From contig CAYWYX010000001.1 in the NCBI GenBank assembly GCA_964462735.1, positions 4,539-68,538 of the forward strand: DNA of 64,000 bases, given 5' to 3'. Shown one piece after another: positions 10,623 to 19,514 of the stretch. Below the pieces are notes generated by a model that was given only the letters and a program-made list of their open reading frames with translations, did no database searches and was not told the origin of the DNA. A program made the position numbers and the translations under genes. The stretch is from an uncultured Acidobacteriota bacterium (GTDB lineage: Bacteria; Acidobacteriota; Terriglobia; Versatilivoradales; Versatilivoraceae). Position 1 is the first letter of the stretch, and each line of letters starts with the position of its first letter.

Positions 10623-11815
10623 TGAAGATTAACCAAATAGATTCAATCATCAAAGAATTAAAGTACTTGGAGTTGGTTGACCAACATCGTTTTCTTAGAC
10701 AGGTTTCAATTTGTGGACCACATCAACTGCAATTCAAGGGTAAAAAAATTGTTAACTTTTCCAGCAATGATTATCTTGGACTTTCTCAGCATGATTCTAT
10801 TAAAAGTGCAGCTAAACAAGCTATACAAGACTCAGGTGTTTCAGTAGCAAGCTCTCGACTTATAAGCGGGAACTTATGTTTACATGAAAAACTAGAGGAA
10901 GCTTTAGCTTCAACAAAAGAAAAAGAAGCAAGTTTAATTTTTTCTTCAGGATTTATGGCTAATATTGGTTTACTTTCTAGTTTATTAGGAAAAGGCGACT
11001 TTATTTTTAGTGATGAACTTAACCATGCTTCTATAGTTGACGCTTGTCGGTTAAGCCAAGCAAGAACTGTAGTTTTTAAACATAAAAATCTGGATCATCT
11101 TGAGACTCTGCTCAAAGATTTTAAGTCTTCTGGTCGAAGGTTAATTGTTTCCGATTCAGTTTTCAGTATGGATGGTGACATTGCAAACCTGCCGGACTTA
11201 GTAATTCTCTCCGAAAAATATGAATGCTGGCTGATGCTTGATGAAGCTCATGCAACTGGGGTTCTAGGATCACATGGAGGTGGTCTAGTGGAACATTATA
11301 AGGATCTTGGCCAGATCTTACCCAAAAAAGTGCCTCTCCTAATGGGAACACTGAGCAAATCCTTGGGATCTTTTGGTGGTTTTGTGGCTTCTAGTAAAGA
11401 AATTCGTGATTATCTCATTAACAAATGCCGACCTTTCATTTTTTCAACTGCTCTACCGCCCAGTGCTGTTGGAGCTGCACTAGCAAGTCTTAATTTAATC
11501 AAACATGATGATAGTTTAAGAAAGAAGCTTTGGGACAATGTTCACCATTTGAGTGCAGAACTGAAAAAACATGGAGTGATTTCGGGATTGGGCCAAACAC
11601 CTATCTTTCCAGTTTTGTTTAAAACTGAATCTCAGGCATTAAAAATGAGTGAAGAACTAATTGGTCATGGTTTTTTTGTAGTAGCTATTCGACCCCCTGC
11701 TGTCCCGATAGGAACGAGTCGGTTAAGAATTACTGTGACTGCGGATCATACTAGTTCCCAGATTGAAGAATTAGTTCGTATTTTGAATAAACTGCAGAAG
11801 AAATTAGTGGATTAA
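10622..11815 (+). CDS. bioF: 8-amino-7-oxononanoate synthase (BioF; alpha-oxoamine synthase family)
   Basis: PLP class I/II aminotransferase fold, FSMDGDIA with the PLP Lys region (GTLSKSLGSFGG). Followed by bioD. Its ATG overlaps the M16 stop (TAATG). Confidence 0.75.
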   Translation: MKINQIDSIIKELKYLELVDQHRFLRQVSICGPHQLQFKGKKIVNFSSNDYLGLSQHDSIKSAAKQAIQDSGVSVASSRLISGNLCLHEKLEEALASTKEKEASLIFSSGFMANIGLLSSLLGKGDFIFSDELNHASIVDACRLSQARTVVFKHKNLDHLETLLKDFKSSGRRLIVSDSVFSMDGDIANLPDLVILSEKYECWLMLDEAHATGVLGSHGGGLVEHYKDLGQILPKKVPLLMGTLSKSLGSFGGFVASSKEIRDYLINKCRPFIFSTALPPSAVGAALASLNLIKHDDSLRKKLWDNVHHLSAELKKHGVISGLGQTPIFPVLFKTESQALKMSEELIGHGFFVVAIRPPAVPIGTSRLRITVTADHTSSQIEELVRILNKLQKKLVD

Positions 11816-11873
11816 TAATGAAGAGGCCTCGAATCATGATCAAAATTAACTGAGACTCATTTTATTCTTTACT

Positions 11874-12620
11874 ATGAAAAATGGAAATTTAAAATATCGA
11901 GGTATTTTTGTTACTGCAACAGATACAGATGTTGGGAAGACTACAATAGCAGTGGGTTTAGTTAGTTTTTTGAGTCGATTAGGTTTTAATGTTGGTGTTA
12001 TGAAACCTGTTGCAAGTGGAGCAGTAAGAGGTAATTCAGGTCAGTTGATTTCTACAGATGTTACTAGATTAGTGGAAGCTTCCTTGTCAACTGACCCCAT
12101 ATCATGGGTCAATCCCTACTGTTTTAGGGCTGCTGTTGCCCCTTCACTTGCTGCTGAAATGGAGAACGTGCAAATAAAAATGGAGAGAATTTTGGATTGC
12201 TTTCAAAAAATCTCCGTCCATCACGACATAATTGTAGTGGAAGGGGCTGGTGGTATTCTCACACCGATTTTTAAAAATCTCCTCGTTGTTGATGTCATAA
12301 AGGCTCTGCAACTTCCGACAGTAATTGTTTCTAAAGCTGGATTGGGGGCAATTAACCATACTACTATGACTTATGAATGTCTAAAAAGTAGGGAACTTGA
12401 ATGTCTGGGGTTTTTTTTAAATCGGTATCCTAAATCCCCTAATTTACCTGAAAAAACTAATGCCAGAATTATTACGGCACTTACAAAAGTTCCATATTTA
12501 GGATCTATTCCTGATGTTGGAGATCAGTTTTCCTTTAAGGATTTAAGTGAAAAATTTATCAATTCAGTTAACAAAAAGTTACTCTGTCAGGTTTTGTGCC
12601 GAGAAGAAATTTTAAGTTAG
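11874..12620 (+). CDS. bioD: Dethiobiotin synthetase
   Basis: P-loop TDTDVGKTT near the N-terminus, MKPVASG, EGAGG. Confidence 0.8.
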   Translation: MKNGNLKYRGIFVTATDTDVGKTTIAVGLVSFLSRLGFNVGVMKPVASGAVRGNSGQLISTDVTRLVEASLSTDPISWVNPYCFRAAVAPSLAAEMENVQIKMERILDCFQKISVHHDIIVVEGAGGILTPIFKNLLVVDVIKALQLPTVIVSKAGLGAINHTTMTYECLKSRELECLGFFLNRYPKSPNLPEKTNARIITALTKVPYLGSIPDVGDQFSFKDLSEKFINSVNKKLLCQVLCREEILS

Positions 12621-12692
12621 AACTTAACAAAATAGGTAGGGTAAGGTTAGAGTCTTAATCTTTCTTTACAAAGTTTTTTTTAAGGACATTTC

Positions 12693-13532
12693 ATGATTCT
12701 TGGTGCTCATGTTTCTATTGCTGGGGGGTTACAGAATGCCCCTCGAAATGGCAAAAGCCTTGGGTGTGAATCTATTCAGATCTTTACCCGGAATCAACGA
12801 CAATGGAAGGTTAAGTCATTGGAAACACATGAAATTCAGAGTTTTAGGAATGCAATGGATGTGTCTAATATTCAAATTGCAACCGCTCACGCATCATACT
12901 TAATCAATCTTGGTAGTCCAGAGGAATCAATTTTGATTCGGTCACGTGAGGCTTTTTGCCAAGAGTTTAGACGTTGTGAAGAACTTGGCATTACTTACCT
13001 TATTGTTCATCCTGGGGCGCACGTTGGTTCAGGAGAAAAGTCTGGTCTTAAGACTATTGCTGAGAGTCTCAATTTTATTCTTGAAAGAGAACAGGATTAT
13101 CAAACCCAAATTTTGTTAGAAACTACTGCTGGACAGGGCAGTCAATTGGGACATAGGTTTGAACATTTTGCAGAGATTCTTCTCCAGCTAAAAGAACCAA
13201 ATCAAGTAGGTATCTGCATTGATACTTGCCATATTTTTGCAGCTGGCTATGATTTCCGCACAAGGCAAGGATTTTTTCATACGCTAGAAGAATTAGAAAA
13301 AGTCATAGGATTAGCTAAGGTAAAGGCTTTCCATTTAAATGATTCGAAGCGTGAATTAGGTAGTCGGGTTGATCGTCATGATCATATAGGAGAAGGGTGT
13401 ATCGGTTTAGAGGCATTTCGATTATTGGTTAATGAAAAATGCTTTGATGAGTTACCAATGATTCTTGAGACTCCTGGTGGGGAAGAGCACTATCGGGATA
13501 ATCTAGAAAACATAAGGAATCTGATTAAGTAA
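12693..13532 (+). CDS. nfo: Endonuclease IV (AP endonuclease, Nfo)
   Basis: GAHVSIAGG...HPGAH...ETTAGQGSQLG...HLNDSK...DRHDHIG. All Nfo metal-binding blocks are present. Confidence 0.85.
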   Translation: MILGAHVSIAGGLQNAPRNGKSLGCESIQIFTRNQRQWKVKSLETHEIQSFRNAMDVSNIQIATAHASYLINLGSPEESILIRSREAFCQEFRRCEELGITYLIVHPGAHVGSGEKSGLKTIAESLNFILEREQDYQTQILLETTAGQGSQLGHRFEHFAEILLQLKEPNQVGICIDTCHIFAAGYDFRTRQGFFHTLEELEKVIGLAKVKAFHLNDSKRELGSRVDRHDHIGEGCIGLEAFRLLVNEKCFDELPMILETPGGEEHYRDNLENIRNLIK

Positions 13533-13564
13533 ACAAAAGAGTTTTTTAAACTTGGTTCCATACT

Positions 13565-14167
13565 TTGAATACTTTCATCTATCTGGTCCGCCATGGGCAA
13601 TCATTTCATAATCTTCGTGGTCTCGTAGCTGGGCAATCACCTTCTTCCCTTACCCAGCAAGGCCAAGAAGATGCCAGAATTGTCGGTCAAAGTCTCAAAA
13701 AAATAAGGTTTGACCTAATTTATTCAAGTGATCTTTTAAGAGCTCAACAAACTGCAGAGACCATAAAAAATATACTATTTTTAAAGTGCCCATTACATGT
13801 TTCAGTTCTCCTTAGAGAACTTGATTTTGGTGAATATACTAATCGACCAGTCAGTGAAGCCTTTGCCTTTTTAAATTATAGAGAAATCCGTAATAAAAGG
13901 TATCCAGGAGGTGAGGGTTTTGAAGATTTGAAGCAGAGAATCTCTCTTTTTATTAAAAAATTGTCTAATGAATTTCTTGGATTGAATATTTTAGTAACCG
14001 CTCATGCAGGGTCGATCCGAATGCTGTTGGGTTTATTGGATCTATCTGGTCAAGATAAGTGGTTCAAGCAAGTAATCAGCAACCAATTTGTTGCCAAGGT
14101 GACTCTAGATAGAAATGGGGACTTTAATGAATGTTCAGTTTTCGAAAAGGGAGAAAATGTTTCTTAG
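13565..14167 (+). CDS. Histidine phosphatase family protein (phosphoglycerate mutase-like)
   Basis: Catalytic RHG motif (LVRHGQS) at the N-terminus. TTG start. Confidence 0.7.
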   Translation: MNTFIYLVRHGQSFHNLRGLVAGQSPSSLTQQGQEDARIVGQSLKKIRFDLIYSSDLLRAQQTAETIKNILFLKCPLHVSVLLRELDFGEYTNRPVSEAFAFLNYREIRNKRYPGGEGFEDLKQRISLFIKKLSNEFLGLNILVTAHAGSIRMLLGLLDLSGQDKWFKQVISNQFVAKVTLDRNGDFNECSVFEKGENVS

Positions 14168-16509
14168 AAAGATTTCCGGGATAAACTTTGAGTGGGGCTG
14201 AGCGGAGGCTGGTCAATTTGAACTAATTTATCAAATGAGAGTACGTCCATAGGACAAGTAGTAACACAAATCCCACATGCTATACAGGAACTATTCTGAT
14301 TATCTAAGACTTCTTGTTTAAGGGCAAAATTCATTACGTCAATTCCTACCTGACAATTTCGTGAGCACTCATCACAGCCGATGCATTTGTCATTAGCAAT
14401 GATCTTAAAACGGGCCCACTTCAACTTCGAGAAAAGTTGGGCTTGTAATTCCATAAGTTTTGCAAGTGGACACCAATATCGGCACCAGATTTTTCCCCCA
14501 AGGAATGGATATAGAGTTACTGGTAGTATTCCCACCAGCCAAACGTCAGCATAGATCCGATAAACCTGGATGCCGATATCTGCACCTTGGGAAAATAGAC
14601 CATATATGTCTTTGATTAGTACTAAGATGGTTACAAGTGTTGCAAAAATTAACACTGCTAAATTCATCCATTCCCACCGAACAGAATTTTTTCCTTTTGG
14701 GGCTAGATGCCGCCACCTGTCACCTAACGTTTCTGCCAGACCACCACAGCCACATATCCAAGAGCAATATCGTTTTCCTTGGAATAGAACAAAGATTGGA
14801 AGTATTATGAAAGTAAGAAATACCCCCCAAACCACCCAGATTTGATGGGGATCATAGAAGAAAGTATAGAAGAAAAGTGGCCAAGCATAAATAATCCCAT
14901 AACTTCTCCAAGCCTGTTCAGCGAAAGCAGGATCACTAGCAAGCCTTTCGCCCATCCATTGGTGATTTACAGCTGTTTGAAAAAGGTATTCAGGGATTAG
15001 GAAAAAAAAAGTCCACTGAAAACTTAATAGGCATATATAACGCCAAATCTGGTAGTTATCTTTATGGTCTATTCCCCAGCGTTTAAGGGCTTGCAGTCCG
15101 AAGATTGTCATTAAAGTGGTGAAAAGGACGGTATACCAGAAGGCCCAAGGTCGGTCAAAGAAAGATAGGAACTCATAGCCCCAATTTGTGTAAGGCCAAA
15201 GCTCTTCTCCTTTTCCTACCTTAACACCATAAATGGAGTACCAAACAAAAAATGAAATACCCAACCAAGAGAAACGGTCGCCCTTAATCCCATAACGAGT
15301 GAGCAAAGTGAGACTTATTAACCAGATAGAAACAGCCGTCCAGGTCGGAATGAATGATAAGTCTACTGGTAATGAAAAATCTCCTCCTTGTTTAACTCCA
15401 AATAACCAGGCCCCAAAAAATCCTAGAACAGTCAATCCTATAGATCTCAGAAGGTTACCTTCCCAATCGTTTTCCATTTTGAGGCCAAGGGATTTTAGAA
15501 AATCTCTTGGCACATCTGAGCCTACCAATACAAAAGCATGATCAAATGGAAGTTGCTGTTTTTCAATCAAATTATTTTTTTGTATTTCAAGAGTAGCTTG
15601 ATTTTTTTTAAACTCAGTAATCGAAGAACTGAGTACAGTCTTAACCTTATTTGTTTGAATTGAATCTTGCAATTTCCGCTTATTATCGTTAAAGACCCGC
15701 CTGAAATCAGTTCCTCGGTAAGAGAGAGTAACATTGTTGTTTTGGCTTAGGATAATGGCTGCTTCTACTGCAGAATTGCCACCTCCTATAACTAAAATAT
15801 TTTCGTTATGATATTTTCTTGGGGAATAAAGACGATGATATACATGTTCTTGGTCTTCACCAGAAACCTCTAGTTTTTTAGGATTACCTCGTTGTCCCGA
15901 TGCGAGCACTACATATTTAGCTAGATAGGTGCTTTTGGGAGTTGAAATATGAAAGATTCCATTTATTTTTTCACATCCAGTGACCGGTTCCTTAGTGTGT
16001 AGCTTTAGTTCATTCTCAGTTATGATTTGATGCCATCGCTGAACTAAGTGTTCTTTAGTTGAACCATCTAACCAAAGTTTTCCCTTAGGTGGTTGTTTGT
16101 CGGGTTCAGCATATACCCACTTACCTTCAGGGAAATTTTCAATCGTATTTGCAATAACCTCTTTTTCTAGTAAAAGATATTGCATGCCACTCTCACTAGC
16201 CTGAAGAGCAGCATTCAGTCCTGCAGCGCCACCCCCAATGACAAGAACATCTAACAATTTGGGATCCTGCTTATCAGATTTTTTTAGTAAAGAAGAGATA
16301 TGTTCAATTACCTGGAAACCTTGTTCCATGGCATGTTTGATGACAACTGCTCCAGCTAAGTCACCAATAATAAAAAATCCAGGGATGTTGCTTTCATTAT
16401 GATTTTTTAAATACGGACGTTCATTCGATCCACTACCGGAACCCAAGATAGAAATAATCTGAGTTTTAGCTTTACTTAAGAAACTTCCAGAAAATTGTTT
16501 TTTAATCAT
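14164..16509 (-). CDS. Fusion protein: FAD/NAD(P)-binding pyridine nucleotide-disulfide oxidoreductase-like domain + polytopic Trp-rich membrane domain + NapH/COG0348-type polyferredoxin with two 4Fe-4S motifs
   Basis: Two dinucleotide-binding motifs (VLVIGGGAAG and ILVIGGGNSAVE). Then more than 8 hydrophobic segments. Then CSWICGCGG and CRYWCPLAK (CxxxCP NapH-like), followed by CIGCDECSRNC and CIACGICVTTCP ferredoxin motifs. Confidence 0.65.
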   Translation of the reverse strand: MIKKQFSGSFLSKAKTQIISILGSGSGSNERPYLKNHNESNIPGFFIIGDLAGAVVIKHAMEQGFQVIEHISSLLKKSDKQDPKLLDVLVIGGGAAGLNAALQASESGMQYLLLEKEVIANTIENFPEGKWVYAEPDKQPPKGKLWLDGSTKEHLVQRWHQIITENELKLHTKEPVTGCEKINGIFHISTPKSTYLAKYVVLASGQRGNPKKLEVSGEDQEHVYHRLYSPRKYHNENILVIGGGNSAVEAAIILSQNNNVTLSYRGTDFRRVFNDNKRKLQDSIQTNKVKTVLSSSITEFKKNQATLEIQKNNLIEKQQLPFDHAFVLVGSDVPRDFLKSLGLKMENDWEGNLLRSIGLTVLGFFGAWLFGVKQGGDFSLPVDLSFIPTWTAVSIWLISLTLLTRYGIKGDRFSWLGISFFVWYSIYGVKVGKGEELWPYTNWGYEFLSFFDRPWAFWYTVLFTTLMTIFGLQALKRWGIDHKDNYQIWRYICLLSFQWTFFFLIPEYLFQTAVNHQWMGERLASDPAFAEQAWRSYGIIYAWPLFFYTFFYDPHQIWVVWGVFLTFIILPIFVLFQGKRYCSWICGCGGLAETLGDRWRHLAPKGKNSVRWEWMNLAVLIFATLVTILVLIKDIYGLFSQGADIGIQVYRIYADVWLVGILPVTLYPFLGGKIWCRYWCPLAKLMELQAQLFSKLKWARFKIIANDKCIGCDECSRNCQVGIDVMNFALKQEVLDNQNSSCIACGICVTTCPMDVLSFDKLVQIDQPPLSPTQSLSRKSF

Positions 16510-16730
16510 AGTGTTAAGACTTCATTTTCTTAAATCGTGTTTACTTCAGATTTCTGGGAAGCCTACCGAAATCTTGCACCTGACCAGCATATCTGAGTGC
16601 TGGGGTGATTAAAACTATTCCTAGTTATGCAGGATGCCAGAACAATAGATTGATTTACCACATTTCCAATATCTTTTAAAAACAAACTTGAAATAAGATT
16701 GTCCTCTTGACTTGCAGAAATTCACTCAGT

Positions 16731-18488
16731 CTATTCTAGAGCTACAGAAATCAACTTGCTAAGTCGGGCTAGCCCCTCTGCAAGATCAGAAAAAATATGT
16801 ACTCTTAAAATACGGCGATTGCGTGCACTTAGAACCTCAAAATCTCCTTGAGCTTGGCTTGCCTCAATAAATCCAAATGTACAATTTTGAGATGGTATCT
16901 TCAGGTCAATTTTTGTTTGACAGGTGATTTGGAGAAAAACACCATTATTAGGTCCTCCTTTGTAGAGCTGACCAATAGAATGTAAAAAACGAGGGCCAAA
17001 ACTGAGACAAGTGGCAACTTGTAGTTGGTTTCTGACAACGTGACGAATAGTTTGAAGGTGTTTTTGATGAGTGTCGTTCATATTAAGATAAGCTAGGATT
17101 GCAAAATAATCACCAGACTGGAGTCTGTTAAGGTGCGCTCTAATCAGATCTACCATGGAACAACTAGGTCCTGTCATTTGGCACAAAAAATCCCGATTTT
17201 GTTGAGTAGCAAATAGACCAAACCCATTTTCACAAAGGATTGGATTTTCTAGGGGTAATAAACCGGTTTTTTTGTGCTGAGCAACTAGTTTGTTTGTTGC
17301 AAACTTGCTAACTTCAACGTCTGGTTGGTTAAATGGATTTATTTGCAGGATAGATCCAGCTACCGCTATAGCAATTTCCCAACGAAAAAACTCTTGGCTG
17401 AGGTTATAGAGATCATCAACTACAATACGGATAACAGGATGACCAGCTTTTTGAATCTTTTCAACAGCCTTATCTAATTTAAGTTGTTTTGTCTGAATTA
17501 ATCGTAAGTAAATAAAAATACGATCAGAACTATATACTTCTGGTGGCCCCATTTGCTCGCCTTCGATTGGTATGAAGCCCTTACCCTTTTTCCCAGTAGA
17601 TTCAGCTAATAGTTGTTCTAACCAAGAGGATATTCCTGAAATTTCAGGAGAAACAATAAAAGTCACTTTGTTTTTCTGTTGGTACCCTAAGATAGCTAAA
17701 ATGGTGCCTAGAATGAGACCCGGATTATTGATTTCCTCAGCAGATGCATTACAAGCCTTTACCATATAATTCGCGCGATTAATAAATTTAGCTATGTCCA
17801 TGCCCATTAAAACTCCCGGAACCTTTCCGAAAATGGATAAAGCTGAAAAACGTCCTCCAATGGAGGGATCTCCAAGTAAAATAGAACGAAAGTGATGAGT
17901 TTCAGCTATTTTTTTCAGTTTCGATTTAGGGTCAGTAATGGCAAGGAAATGATGTCCAGCTTGCATCTCTCCAAAGAGCCCCCTAAGCTTTTCAAAGAAG
18001 TATTGTCTCAGAAGGTCAGTTTCTAGAGTGCTTCCAGATTTACTTGAAACAATAAATAATGTCCGAGTAAGATCAAGTTTAGATTCTACTGCTTTGATCT
18101 GATTAGGATTAATCGAGTCTAAAACATAGAGTTCTGGAAAGCCTCCTAACTTGCCAAAAGTCTTCTTCAGAACTTCAGCAAAAAGGCTAGCCCCACCCAT
18201 ACCAATCAGTAAAATTTGAGAAAATCCTTCATGCTTAATTTCTTGAGAGAACTTTAAAAGACTTTGTGTGTCAGAAGATTCTCCTAAAGTTGTAGTTAAC
18301 CAACCAAGCCAGTTATGCTCCCCTGAGTTAGTCCAGAGGGTAGCATCATTTTTCCATAAACGGAGGACCTTATTTCTATTCTTCCAGTCATCAATGCTAA
18401 TTGAGAAAGCTTTGAGTGATTTTTCCCCAATAGAATAGGTTAGCTGGTTTAGAGTTACATTTTCTTGTTCGTTAAACTGATTGTTCAA
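16731..18488 (-). CDS. pgi: Glucose-6-phosphate isomerase (PGI/SIS family)
   Basis: PGI signature SKSGSTLET and the conserved ...ISSWLEQL.. / E..G..G region. 585 aa. Confidence 0.8.
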   Translation of the reverse strand: MNNQFNEQENVTLNQLTYSIGEKSLKAFSISIDDWKNRNKVLRLWKNDATLWTNSGEHNWLGWLTTTLGESSDTQSLLKFSQEIKHEGFSQILLIGMGGASLFAEVLKKTFGKLGGFPELYVLDSINPNQIKAVESKLDLTRTLFIVSSKSGSTLETDLLRQYFFEKLRGLFGEMQAGHHFLAITDPKSKLKKIAETHHFRSILLGDPSIGGRFSALSIFGKVPGVLMGMDIAKFINRANYMVKACNASAEEINNPGLILGTILAILGYQQKNKVTFIVSPEISGISSWLEQLLAESTGKKGKGFIPIEGEQMGPPEVYSSDRIFIYLRLIQTKQLKLDKAVEKIQKAGHPVIRIVVDDLYNLSQEFFRWEIAIAVAGSILQINPFNQPDVEVSKFATNKLVAQHKKTGLLPLENPILCENGFGLFATQQNRDFLCQMTGPSCSMVDLIRAHLNRLQSGDYFAILAYLNMNDTHQKHLQTIRHVVRNQLQVATCLSFGPRFLHSIGQLYKGGPNNGVFLQITCQTKIDLKIPSQNCTFGFIEASQAQGDFEVLSARNRRILRVHIFSDLAEGLARLSKLISVALE

Positions 18489-18535
18489 GGCAATTTATCC
18501 AATCTCAAAAAATCCAGTATTTAACTTTTCAGCAA

Positions 18536-18985
18536 CTAACTATAACGACTCTCGATCCTTTTGATTTTTTCTAGACGCCTTCTATGGCGATCCTCATCTG
18601 TGAACTTAGCACTTAAATAGGTTTGTATTAATTCACGAGCTAATTCCAATCCAATTATCCGTGCTCCAAGAACCAGCACATTCATGTCATCGTGTTCTAC
18701 ACCTTGGTGGGCAGAATAAGTGTCGTGACAAAGTCCTGCACGGATTCCAGGTAACTTGTTGATAGCTATAGAAGCACCTACACCACTGCCACATATTACA
18801 ATTCCACGATCAGCCTCTGATTTTCCTAGGGCAACACCTACTTTTTCAGCAAAGTCGGGATAATCAACTGAGGCTGAACCATAAGTTCCATAGTCTTTGA
18901 TTGTATGACCTTGGGCCTCAATAAACTCCTTAACGCTTTCTTTGAGAGGAAAACCCGCATGATCAGAACCCAGTGCAACTCGCAT
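18536..18985 (-). CDS. rpiB: Ribose-5-phosphate isomerase B
   Basis: MRVALGSDHAGF...ICGSGVGASIAINK..GIRAGLCHD. 149 aa. Confidence 0.85.
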   Translation of the reverse strand: MRVALGSDHAGFPLKESVKEFIEAQGHTIKDYGTYGSASVDYPDFAEKVGVALGKSEADRGIVICGSGVGASIAINKLPGIRAGLCHDTYSAHQGVEHDDMNVLVLGARIIGLELARELIQTYLSAKFTDEDRHRRRLEKIKRIESRYS

Positions 18986-19514
18986 GGTCTTTTTACCTTT
19001 CTTTTTATCCTATAAAATTAAGATAGTCAGCGTGATTGGAATTAATGGGTTATGTGATTAATAGTGACCAAAAATTACTTTTTTCACTAATCTTTCAATG
19101 TGAAAACCAGTTTTAAAATTGGGAATTACATTTCTAGCTTAACCCAAAAACATAAATGCTGGAAGAGTTCACTAGACATCCTCATGGGTAAATTAAAGTG
19201 TTTCTTTGACTTCGCGGTTTACTAAAGGAAAAATTCTTAGTGACATATTAATTATCTAGTCTAACTGTGAACCTATTTCTTTAGAAAAAAGTTTTTCAGT
19301 TAAGGTATATTAATTAATCGTGTTCATCCTTTTTTATTAAAGTCTATATGTTTAATCGATTAGAAAAACGCCTTTACTAGGAATCAGATCTAGGTAGACT
19401 TAAACAGTTAAAATCAACTATTTTGCTTGCCTTAATCCTTTTCAATCGAGTCTATTAAGGATAATCAAAGGAGCTTTGTTCAAATAAAGAGTTTAAATTA
19501 AAGGGTGAAGAACT

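Noticed and set aside
16540-16640. Possible SRP/4.5S RNA in the pgi-oxidoreductase spacer (CACCTGACCAGC resembles the domain IV motif)
   Set aside because: Only a partial match. The GGAAGGAAGCAGCC continuation and the complementary helix are missing.
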